From Entomortierella parvispora E1425 (lineage: Eukaryota > Fungi > Mortierellomycota): a stretch of 64,000 nt of DNA. The notes under the pieces were generated by a model that was given only the letters and a program-made list of their open reading frames with translations, was not told the origin of the DNA and did not search any database. Both the position numbers and the translations under genes were made by a program. The DNA is taken from positions 2,232,001-2,296,000 of the forward strand of contig BQFW01000007.1 of assembly GCA_020891255.1 (NCBI GenBank). Direction: 5' to 3'. Shown here piece after piece: positions 21,717 through 32,345 of the stretch; position 1 is the first letter of the stretch, and each line of letters opens with the position of its first letter.

Positions 21717-23813
21717 CTACGGCCCGGATGGGGTATGAAGGGCAGCAGAAACGCCTGCATCTTTGATATCCTCGCCATCGCTATGGACGCTACGAGTCTT
21801 AACAATTGGCTCCTGCAGATCAGACCATCGTAACCGACATTGCCATGCGTCCTTCCCAGTAAATCGATCCGCGACTCCGATCCAGTTCTTGCGACCCAGT
21901 TCCTCCACAGCTTTCTTTAGCGACAGATCGTCTTCTTCAGACCACTGCGACGCATTTATCCGTGTCCTAAATGAACCTTCGTACGTCTCCTTGCATTTCT
22001 TGGGGGTCCAGCCTCGCCCTGGCATCGCTTCTGCGACCCTTTCCCAATTTGGCGTAAATGAGGGTGACCAATCCGAGCTATCTGATAAGGATGCCTCCTC
22101 CCCCAGTCCATAGCGGCGTCGGTGTTCCTCCTCCTGAGCGTCCACTCTGACCAAGAGGGCGTCATAATCCTCGGGTGAGATATGTTGGCCCCGGATCCTG
22201 AGCATTTGGTACTTGTGACAGAGACTCTTTGAGTTTCGGTGGGGCATGTATAATTTAGAGACCAACTTCCATTTACGTCCGACTTCCAGGACGGCCTTCT
22301 CCAGCAGCTGGAGTTCTTCCTCAGTCCAAGGTCCATTTGAAACTTGATTTCCTCTGGAGAGTTTGAGATAATAATGGTGGTGCTTATATTGCTCGGCCGA
22401 AATACCCATATTCATCTTCTCGGCCACTTTGCTCCAAATGACCCTTCCGGCCTCGCTCTTGCATTCTTCTGCGACTGCCCATAGGCGATCGGACTCCTCT
22501 GGCTTCCAAATGATGGTATTGTAGCTGCTCATTTCCTTGGCAAGGCTTTGCAATTGGTTCGCGTACTTTTCCGGATCGCCCTTATCAAACTTTTCAGTTG
22601 CCTTTCGGAAATAATCCTCGCACTGTTCTGGGGTTCGCCTGTATAACGAGTCTGAAAGTGTCTTCCAGTCTGATCCAAACTTGAGCCACAGTCTCCAGAA
22701 ATTGCCACGTTCAGCCTTGTACCACGCCCTGACCTTGGGCTGGTGGACCTTCATATCCATAGTTAACCATTTCTCCCGACAGCTCTCGGGTGGGTGCCGA
22801 TCCGCCCCCAACGCCTCTGAAAGTGTTTCCCAGTTCGAGGGACCGTTCTTCAAAACGTGTTGGATCACGGCCGTTTCATCGTTCACGGTCCAGACATTAA
22901 CGGGCTTTCTCTTGAGTCGATAGTACTGGTGTCGTAGTTGCTCCGTCGTGACTTTGGCCATGTCCTTTCCTCCAAGCCGAATCATGAATGCCCTCAGGAT
23001 CAACTTCCAGTCATCTTCTCCATGTTCGGCTACCAACTCTAGCAAGACTTTGGATTGAACATGATCAAACTGTCGGTTCCGACCTCGCGGTTCAGTTCGG
23101 GCCAACGATCGCCATTTCAATTGACAACTCGTGCTCAGTATTCCGATCTCCTTGCCGATATCGACCCAGGACTTTCCTTGTGCAACAAGTTGATCCAACT
23201 GAGTGAGTTTCTCTGGCGTCCAGAATTCCTGCAATGAAGGATCCAGCAAGGCCAAGAACCGTCGATGACAACTCCGTTGAGGTCGGGCTACTTTTGAAGC
23301 AATCATTCCCCAAGACTCGCCTGCAGTCCGAAGGCGGATAATCTCTTCGTCAATCTCTGGTGTGAACTCTGGATTCCTCTTGAAGGACTTTCTCTTATTT
23401 TTAGGTAAGGTGTCGTCGGAATCATGGCCGCTGTCGCTTTCGCTATCCGTATTCCGGTCATCGTAATAATAAGCATCCTGACTAAAGTGCTGATCAGAAG
23501 AGTCCGAGGTATCAGGCACGGTGGCGGCGACAGCAGGCGACACAGAGGACAAGTGTGTGGACTTGGATGATGTGGTGGTAGAAGAAAGTGATGATAGTTG
23601 GCGGAGCTGTTGCTGTTTTTGCTGTTGTCGTGGCTGTCGAATGAGTGGTGCATGACGTTCGTACTTGTGAGTGGCGGAAGAGGCGAATCGGTTGGCTGAC
23701 TGATTCGACGTTCCTGACAACAACAATGGCCGGCCGGATCCAATGCGTTGGCACGGGCTTTTTGAAAAGACAGACCGCAAGCGACCGGCAGCAGCGAGTA
23801 GAGAGGACGACAT
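21717..23813 (-). CDS. Multi-repeat Myb/SANT-like protein (~9 repeats) with putative mitochondrial presequence; single exon
   Basis: Repeated W/F-T-x-E-E ... W-x2-I/V-A ... C-x2-R/K-W units (FTPEID, WTPEKL, WTVNDE, WYKAER, WKPEES, WTEEEL, WSEEDD). Probable ATG at 23813 begins an Arg/Ser/Leu/Ala-rich, nearly acid-free leader. Confidence 0.85.
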   Translation of the reverse strand: MSSSLLAAAGRLRSVFSKSPCQRIGSGRPLLLSGTSNQSANRFASSATHKYERHAPLIRQPRQQQKQQQLRQLSSLSSTTTSSKSTHLSSVSPAVAATVPDTSDSSDQHFSQDAYYYDDRNTDSESDSGHDSDDTLPKNKRKSFKRNPEFTPEIDEEIIRLRTAGESWGMIASKVARPQRSCHRRFLALLDPSLQEFWTPEKLTQLDQLVAQGKSWVDIGKEIGILSTSCQLKWRSLARTEPRGRNRQFDHVQSKVLLELVAEHGEDDWKLILRAFMIRLGGKDMAKVTTEQLRHQYYRLKRKPVNVWTVNDETAVIQHVLKNGPSNWETLSEALGADRHPPESCREKWLTMDMKVHQPKVRAWYKAERGNFWRLWLKFGSDWKTLSDSLYRRTPEQCEDYFRKATEKFDKGDPEKYANQLQSLAKEMSSYNTIIWKPEESDRLWAVAEECKSEAGRVIWSKVAEKMNMGISAEQYKHHHYYLKLSRGNQVSNGPWTEEELQLLEKAVLEVGRKWKLVSKLYMPHRNSKSLCHKYQMLRIRGQHISPEDYDALLVRVDAQEEEHRRRYGLGEEASLSDSSDWSPSFTPNWERVAEAMPGRGWTPKKCKETYEGSFRTRINASQWSEEDDLSLKKAVEELGRKNWIGVADRFTGKDAWQCRLRWSDLQEPIVKTRSVHSDGEDIKDAGVSAALHTPSGP

Positions 23814-24014
23814 TGTCGAGATCTTCAAGGTGTGTTCCACTCGGGATCAAATGGCAATGGGAGGACAAGAAGTGAGGACCATGCTGATCACCTTCAAGGG
23901 TGAACAAACGAAAACAGCTTAGTGCACGTGATCATAGCGACCGAGTGACTGCCTTACTTCTGTTCGCCACCATCGGGCGAAGATGCGATCCCTTGTATTG
24001 TTCTCACATACACC

Positions 24015-24827
24015 ATGCCATTCTTCCAAGGGTTCCGCCGTTACCTCTGGGCAACCCTGCCATGGGTCCCTGTCGGAATCTTTTTCACGGAACACGGCTA
24101 CAGTCTCGCAACAGTGAATGGACGTTCAATGCAGGTATGGACAGAACTGGACCGTCATGCAAGGAACAGACGGTTCGAAACGACCTTCTTACACGACCCT
24201 CCTTGTCTGCTTCAACTTTCCCTCTCATTAGCCGTCTTTGAACCCGGATAGCAATCAACTGCGAAAGGATGTGGTGGTCTTTAACCGATGGAAGATTGCC
24301 AATTTTCAATATAATATTGGCGACGTGGTCTCTTATAGGTAAGGAACAAGCGAGGAGAATCATGTTTCTCGTCCATTGTGTTGACTTTTAGGATTTCATT
24401 TGTTGGTAGGCGACCCGATGAGCCCAATAAGATCGTGATCAAGAGGATTGTGGCGCTGGAGGGAGATGTGGTCCGCACAAGAAAACCCTACCCCGATCGA
24501 CAGATCCGAGTACCGGCAGGTCATTGTTGGGTTGAGGGCGACGAGATGTTCCACAGCACGGACAGCAACCATTACGGACCAGTAAGTGGAAACTTGTTCC
24601 TGCTATGAAAAACCTTGGATGTCACATCCAAAAGTGGGGTCTTTGATGACTAACATTCCAGCGTTTATTTCATCAAGGTACCGCTTGGACTCTTGCAAAG
24701 GAAAGCCGAATACATCATCTATCCATTTAATCGAATCGGAAGGATCCCAGACAAGCCAAGAACCTCCAGAGTGCAATATGCACCAGGGCACAAGGTGTAT
24801 AATAGATTGGACGATATTCAAGAATGA
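24015..24827 (+). CDS. IMP2: Mitochondrial inner membrane protease subunit 2 (S26 peptidase), 4 exons
   Basis: Spliced product contains GRSMQ|PSLNPD, DVV.FNRWK, GDVVSY|RRPDEPNKIVIKRIVALEGD, VPAGHCWVEGDEMFHSTDSNHYGP|VPLGLLQ. Ser/Lys dyad present. The IMP2 over IMP1 call rests on the PSLNPD...RW and GHCWVEGD pattern. Confidence 0.85.
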
Positions 24828-25872
24828 CAGTTCTCTGGAAACAAACAATAAAAAAAAATGCGTCTCTGAAGGATCCAGTCTTGTCGACCCTGGTAAAGCC
24901 ACGATCCGCACGCGTCCCTGAGCACAACTTTGAAAGGCAGCATGCAAGTTAAGGGTCCGCAACGCAAACTTCGCCAAGATCGATCTTGGCGCTTCTCTGC
25001 ACGTTTGCAGAGAAGTCGTCTCTCTTTCTTTTTTGCTCCTTTGTCCATCGCATTCATCAACTCATCACCATGCATCCTGCTACTGCTTACTCTGGCGGAT
25101 TCTTCGGCCTGGTATGGCATGCCCTGGAGAATTGGTCGACACAGATTGCCCTCCTTTCTGCGATGCTTACCATCCCTTGCTCGACATCTTATTTCTTTGC
25201 ATCTCTCGTAGGTCATCCTCATCCTCGACTTCATTGCCATCTTTGAGGTTCTCAACTCGACCCGTTCCGTCTCCTCCAAGCTCCTCTGTATGAAGAATTC
25301 GAAACGAGCTTCTCTTTGTTTGACTGGATATCCTTTCGCGTATCCAATGTCGCCTAGGCGCTGACCATTTGTTCATTTTAATTTTCGTAGGGTCTCTTCT
25401 CATCTTCTTGTTCCCTATCTTTGGATTGGTCATTTACTTGTAAGTCGTCCCCTTGAATGCCCTTTTGCCATCTTCCCCGCCCCTTCTTTCGTGTCCTTTG
25501 GGCAGGTCATTGCAGCACTGCATCGACCGCCGCAGCATCAATTGTTTGTTCACGAGGGCGAACGGCGTCTTGGGAACTTTTTTCTTTATTTTTGTGCTCT
25601 CGTGCAGCAGACACCACTGCTCCCCTGGCAACGTTTATCGTTCGTGTTCACTGATTTTTTTTTTATGGTGCCGGCCCGCGCCCATTTCCACTTACAGCTG
25701 CTTCGGAGACCGCGAGCACCACCGTCTCGGATACGAGTCAATTGCTTAGAACGCACCCATTGGAAAACGACAAAAATGCTTTTGAACAAATAAGAAATAA
25801 AAAAAAAATCTGTCTACTCGTTTACTACCAAAAAGATTTTTGTGGCAATGCTGTGCTGAAATAGATACGGGA

Positions 25873-28800
25873 TCACAGGATGGTGCAGCACTTTGACTTG
25901 TGCACGTCAGGATCATAATGATACACTCGATCGTCTGATACAGTCGGAACGCCTGTCCATCGGCCTTGCTCGTCCTCTCCTTGGATACCGCTCCTTCTGG
26001 CAAGCGGACTGTTTGGATTGTAGACGTTCGTGGCCCTGTTACGGAGTCCGACATTGGTCTCCACGCCGGTGTTGCTTACACCGACGCCAGTTGCGTTCAA
26101 GTAACCTTGCAGATGCGCGGACGAGTAGGAAGGACGGCTGCCTGTGGCACCAGGTTCGTCTGGTTGAGAGTACAGTGGCATTTTCTCAGGGTCGTTGCTA
26201 AACGGTGGTTGTTCTTGTGATACGGGTCCCCCTGTGGGTTGTTGCTGTAGATATTGTAGGGGTTGTGAGTACGACGAATCAAAGTTGTTGTCGGATGCGG
26301 ACTTCTTTTCGGTAGAGGGCTCGCGTTGACCGACGATACTCTCAGTGGAGGCGATGGGTTGACTCCTGAGTCGCGTTAATTTCAAAAACTCTTGTTGCTG
26401 AAGCATCAATATGTCGGACGAGTTACTCGACCGATGCGAAGAAAGTCCTTTCGCCTGTTGGAACTGCTCAAGACCTTGATCCGAGCGTGGGTTTTGTGAG
26501 TACTGCTGCTGTTGTTGCTGGAGTTGAGGTACCCACGGTTGAAGAGGCGGTTCCAAGCTGTGATCGGTGGAATAAGATGTCCGTGGATCGGACAAGGATG
26601 GAACCGAAGAGGCGTAGTTGTAAGGGTCGTTGATGTTACCGTTGTTTGTTTGAACAGAGGCAAACCCTCCCTTTTTATCCTCGACCAAAGGCATTTGATT
26701 ACTGCTCCAGATGGCCAAGCCCTCATTTCTGCTTTCCCGCATGCTGCCAACGCTAGCCGCAGTAGTCCTCTCGACAGTGTTCACATCCCTGTAAGAGTTG
26801 ACATCCGCAATATTCACATTGGAGACCTGGTAAGCATTGGGACTCCAGTCCGACTTTGAGGGCTCAGTGACTCCTTGAGGCATGACCCCTGATGCCGACT
26901 GACCTCTGACAAGGTATGAAGGCGAAGATGGAGACTGTCCATTGTGGTTATACGATGACACGTTGCGACCCAGGACCGACTGAGATTCCACACTACGCAC
27001 AGGGATAGAATCAGGATCATCCCTGACTTCTTCTTTGCTAAAGTTTGCCACGCCTGTCACATTTGTCCCCGGACTTCCAGTTCTGACCGTTGGAGAGAAC
27101 CCTAGTTGTGAATTTTGCAATGGTGTCGACGATAGTGGGGTGGACGTGAGTGGGGTGGAGGAGGCTGAGGATGGTAATGAAAATCCACGAAGCGCTTGAG
27201 CTATTTCGCTCGGTGTGGAGGACGGTTGAGACGATGTGGGCCAAGAACCCGTGGCTGAGTATGGATTGCCACCGACAGGAAGGCTGTTGTCGGGAGAAGT
27301 GTCCCCTGTTGACCCAACGGTGGCAATGGGCTTGGCAGTAAAGTATGAATCGCCTAGAGTTGGTGCATAGAAAAGTCAATTCTGGGTTAGTGCCCAAAGC
27401 ATAAAAGAAAAAAATAGTCGCGATATCGCGTACTTGCGCATGTACATGGATCATAGTTCAGGACATACCTGGGTTGTATTTTGTTTGGATCCTCAATGGT
27501 ATGGTGTCCGTCACGGCGGGAGATGACAATGCGGAGAGTCGCGGGGAATGGTCGGAAAGGTTTGGTGATTTTAAGGATTCGCGCTCGTACCTGATGGTCG
27601 TGGCAAGGTCGGAGGCATAACTACGTTTACTCAGTTGTGAATCTGATCGGTCCAGTTTTTGTCGTCCCTTGAAGGAATTGGTTCGCGATGCTTGCAAAAC
27701 GGCGCTTTTCAAATAAGGACTCGAAGGGGATATCGATGAGTCTCTATTGGGAGTCTCCCGGACCACTTTATCAGTCGCGGCCATCTCAAAAAGTTCCCGA
27801 GGCGATAGCATGGGTCGTTTTGAGATGGATTGTTGTTTTGGTGTAATAGGGGCGCCAAAACTATTGGGTGCCTTTGGAGAGCTGGGGCTGGGTATCGGGG
27901 GTTCTTCTTCCTTTTTGTTGTCTCTGTTCAATTTCGCTCCACGACTGGAGACCCTCCGTGGGATAATGGGCAAAGTGCTTTCGAGTTGACAGCCAAAGAG
28001 ATCACCATCGCTGTCCACGCTCAGGACATAGCCATCTGCTCCAACGCCCAAAGTCTCGATTTTAGCGCCTCCACCCAAGCAGATCCAGCTGTGATGACGA
28101 AAGCGGTATGCATGTCCATCCTGGCCCACACCAACAATATAATCGGCCGTGGATAATGTACAGCTGATCATGTGTAAACCAGTTCCGGGCCCTGTGCCCG
28201 GCAGTGCAGACCAGATGGGTGGGTGTGATGCGGAAGGATGCGTCTTTAAACGAAAGACTCTGCCCGAAGTTGCATCCGTCGCCAGAACAAGATTGTCGTG
28301 CCCGACAGAGATCTGACTGAACTTTGGAGCATCGTATCCGGCGCCCGAGGTGACAGAGAACTCTAGTTGAACAAATCGATCTGATGTCCCGTAATAAATG
28401 TCGCCTACTTCTGTCAAGCCCCAGATTTGAGAGATGGAGGCAACACTATTTGAGTTGGAAAAGAGGCCGTCGATTAGTCAAAAGAGGGGCAGCGCTTGAT
28501 GGCGGTCATCAAGGTGTAGGCTCGCAAGGTTTGCAATCTCGTTTGTTGAACTTGCCTGACACACTTCCAAAAGTGACCGAGGTCGATCCAGATGACATCT
28601 TTTTCATAGTCGGTGTGGTCATGGGGCGCGATGAGATACCAGGCCTTGAATGACCCATCCAGCCGTACGACGGTGCCGTCGGTGGCAGCCGAGACCAACA
28701 CGGTCGATTCGCAGTTCTCGTCATCGTCCCCCATGTTAGGATTCGGTGTTGTTGGATTTGAGTTTAAGGACTGTAGGCCCAAGGAGGGAAGGATCGACGC

Positions 28801-29049
28801 CAATTTTTTGGTGGCGAGGGACGAGGACGAGGAGACGGATGTCGAGAGGGCGGATCCGGCGGAAGAGGACGAGAACCTAGATCTGTTCACAGACTCGGTC
28901 GTGATGGAGACGAGTTGCCACTGCTTTGTCTCTGGGTTGAGCTTGCAGAGCTGCTGGTCCAGGGTCACGCCCCAGATGCTGTCCTTATTGGCAACCGCTA
29001 CGGACTGGAGTCTCCCTGGGACTGCGTGCCAAAGGGTCGTTGACTCCAT
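25873..29049 (-). CDS. Tectonin-like beta-propeller protein with long disordered tail and C-terminal CaaX (KSKCCTIL); 3 exons
   Basis: About 6 blade-like repeats (LQSVAVANKDSIWGV; WKCVSVASISQIWGL; FSQISVGHDNLVLAT; IETLGVGADGYVLSV). A GC-AG intron (28555-28446) and a GT-AG intron (CCA G|gtatgt...ctctag|GC GAT) join the three ORFs in frame. Confidence 0.75.
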
Positions 29050-29938
29050 ATGATAGTGGATGGTAGAAGGATGATAAATGAAGGAATGTATCTGTGTGTG
29101 TGATAGAGAACAAGAGGTCTGTGTGTCTGTGTGTTGACAGAGAAGGAAAGAGGAAGCGAGAGTGAGCGAGAGAAGGAGCACCAGGTGATGAAGGAAAAGA
29201 GGGAACAAAGAGAAGGAGAGAAAAAAAAAAAAAAAAAAAAAAAGGATTAGTCGAGAGTGGCAGGGTGTGTCTCACTTGATGGGAGTGATATGAGAGTGAG
29301 TGGTAGACAGACAGAGAGATAGAGAGACAAGAGACACCCCCCGCACACGCGCGCGTCCCTTCTTTTTCCTTGCTTTCCTTTTCCGGTGTGTCCCTGCTGT
29401 CTGGTCTGTGTGCCATGATTGTGTGCGCTGTCTCACCTTTGTCTGCAGATGTCTGCAGAGGTGTCCCTTTCGTCTTGTCTACTGTACTGCACCCACAGAC
29501 AGAATCCGTTGCCTCTTTCTTGCCCGCACAACCGTTGTGCAATTGTGCAACTGTGCGACCCACCGTGCTCTCTCTCTCTCTTCTCTCTTCTTCTGCTCTT
29601 GTTCTTGTCTTCCTGCCCTGTTTCTTCTCTTCTTTCCTTTTCTTCCGTCTTTTGCTTCTCGCCACTCTGCCCCATACGACCTCCCCCCTCCTCTTCCTCT
29701 CTGGTTCCCAATTGCCCACGAATCCCGTAGAGTCGAGTCGAGCAACCACCCCGTCCGTCCCTTCCCCTTCCCCTTCCCCTTCCCCTTCCTCCTGGCCCCT
29801 CTTCCTCCTTGCACCGCACTCCAATCCCAACTCTTCTTTCTCCCCTGGAACCCTTTTCTCTTTCCCACGAACAGACATTTGGTTTCCTTTTGAATCATAG
29901 CTCCCTAATCTCTAATATCTATCTATCTCTCGTCCATC

Positions 29939-32211
29939 ATGGCCCTCCCTAAACCACTCAAGTATATTCGAGTGGTTCTTCATACCTTTGGAGGTCTGAT
30001 CCTCTTCATCTTGCTCGTCATCCCCACCTTTGTCTATGCCTTCTACAGGCGCCTCACTGGACCCAAGCATGTTCCCTTTCATTCCCATTTCTTTATCCGG
30101 ATCGTCTACCTGGCCGCGGCCATGTTTCCTTATCAATGGTATCATCCAGCCATCTCCATCCGCACCGTGCTTGTTCCCGGTGCTCGGAGTATGGTCGTCA
30201 AGCGCGATACTTGGAGAGCTTATTGGGTCGGTACTCTCGAGACCAAAAAGATCCCAGCCGAGACTCGTGGTGGAAGCCCCACCTGGAAGGTCTCGCTCAA
30301 GGGGGTGGATATCATCATGTTGTATGCACACGGAGGAGGGTTTGTCTTTGGAGATGCAGAAATGTACAACAACATCTTTTGCTCCTGGGTCGAGCACTTC
30401 AAGACAGTGCACAACAAGAAGCTTCGCATTCTTTCTGTCGATTATGGTAAGGACTGGTACTCTCTCTCTCTTTTTTTTTGTTTTCTGTTCCTGCGTTCAT
30501 AACAAGAAAAGTGTGGGTTGGGATGCTCCTCAAAGGTGTGGGGGGGACGCTGACAAAACCGATCTAAACAATAATGTCCGCTTCTCGCTCGGTGTTTCTG
30601 CACCCCCCCACCATCGGGCCGTGGAGTACAGGGAGGAGAACTCAAACGACCACAGACGCACGAGAGCACCAAATGGCTGTCAATGATGTGTTGACCTTAT
30701 CAACAGCTTAAAAAAAAAAAAAGAGAGAGTTGAGAGCATCGGTTGGCGGCTCTCGTTGAGATGGGCGATGGCGGGTGCAAGCAACTTTGCAGGATTTGGC
30801 CTAGTTTGAATATCGTGTGGGCTCGTGGTAGTGGTGGAGGATTGACCATCTAAAGTGATCGGAAAAAAGGGTCAAGGCGGCAAGAGGGGGGTTGGGCGGC
30901 CCCTCTATAATTACTGGAAAAAAGTTGCCTGGATGGACCACTAATGATACTTTGGACTGTGTAGACCTTGCGCCAAAGAAAAAGTTCCCTTACCAGCGCG
31001 ACCAATTCCTGTCTGCTTACCGATTCCTCGTCGAGGAGATTCGTTGGAACCCTCGCAAAATCATCTTTGGTGGCGACAGTGCTGGAGGCAACATTATTTT
31101 GAACGCGACCTATGTCCTCCGTGAGTCCAGGCTGCCCCCACCCCGTGCCTTGCTCTGTATCTCTCCCTGGATACGTCTCGATGCCGACCAGTCCTCTTCC
31201 CCTTCAATGGCTCATAACCGAAAGACGGATTTCATGCCTCCCCAAGTCTTCAAAAAGATTGCGCGTTGCTATGCTGGACCCAAGGAGATCCACGATCCCC
31301 ATGTCTCGCCTTTTTACGTCAAGGACCACCAAAAGTTCCCCGAGATGGCTATTATTTACTCCTCGGCAGAGGTTCTGAGGGATGATTGTGCACGATTTGT
31401 AGATCACTACCAGGCGACAGGAGGACGCGTGACCTACCATTACATGGTCGAGGGCATGCCCCATATCTACCCCTTGTTGAGAGAACTTTCAGGAAAGACA
31501 GCTGTCAAGGACGCAGAAAGACGCTTGATGGAGTGGGTCAACATGTTGGTCGAAGAAAACAGGATCTTGTTTGACAGTCGTAAGCGTGCCAATGCTGCTG
31601 CTGCCTCCACCGCCAACTTGCACGCAACTGAAGAAACAAAGCCAGCCACAGTCCCTGATGCCCCAACCCCCTCGCGCCGTTATGATCCCTTTGCTGCCCC
31701 TCTTACGCCTCCTGCCCCCGCTGTCCCTGCCCCTGCCCCCTCGCGTCGATATGATCCCTTTGCTACGCCATTGACACCACCCCCCGTGCAGGCACCGACT
31801 CCCACCCGCCGTTACGACCCCTTCGCAACCCCCTTGACACCCCCTGCGCCTGCCAGCAACAATGTTGATCTGGAGTATGCGCAAACTCCTCAAATCTCCC
31901 ATGCCACCCGGATTGTTACTGCACAACCGACCATGACCTCCCACCACTACCACGACCACTCCCTGTCCTCGGAGAGCGAAAAGTCATCTCCTGTGGATCT
32001 CCAGCAGGTCGTCACGGAAAAACCAGGAAGAAGCAATAGTCCCCGTAGCCACCAGAGTGGCGCCAGTGGATCTCCCCAGGCTCGTCATTCGCCTGCTTTT
32101 ATTCACAGAGTGGGTGATAAAGAAGAGTTTATCGAAGACAAGCAGGACGATTCGGATGATGAAGGCGATGACGATGATGTGGATTTGGAGATGCTCGTTG
32201 TCAACCATTAA
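29939..32211 (+). CDS. Alpha/beta hydrolase (hormone-sensitive-lipase family, Say1/steryl-acetyl-hydrolase-like) with N-terminal hydrophobic anchor; 2 exons
   Basis: HGGGF oxyanion motif; SVDY|DLAP formed across a 518-bp intron (30447-30964); GDSAGG nucleophile elbow; EVLRDD and GMPH give acid and His candidates. N-terminal TM segment. Confidence 0.9.
31660..31850 (+). repeat. Three coding tandem repeats (69 and 63 bp periods) encoding P-x-P-[ST]-RRYDPFA[AT]PLTPP
   Basis: YDPF codons at 31681, 31750 and 31813. The units differ mainly at synonymous positions. Confidence 0.9.
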
Positions 32212-32345
32212 AGCATTACGCACTCTTTTCCATCCTCTTTGCTACTTTTTCAAAACTTGACTCCTCATGACAGTTTCCAGAGACGGTCTAATTTATTTGT
32301 GCGCTGTGATTTTCACTACAACAATATCCTGATGGTTGAAAAGGC

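Noticed and set aside
24818-25793. Minus-strand ORFs 25167-25433, 24818-25279 and neighbours
   Set aside because: Somewhat protein-like, but no recognisable motif and no consistent splice model. Treated as the 3' intergenic space of convergent genes, though not excluded.
29300-29900. Long ORFs on both strands (up to 297 aa)
   Set aside because: They arise from stop-poor CT-rich and (CCTTCC)n sequence in the divergent promoter between the propeller and hydrolase genes.
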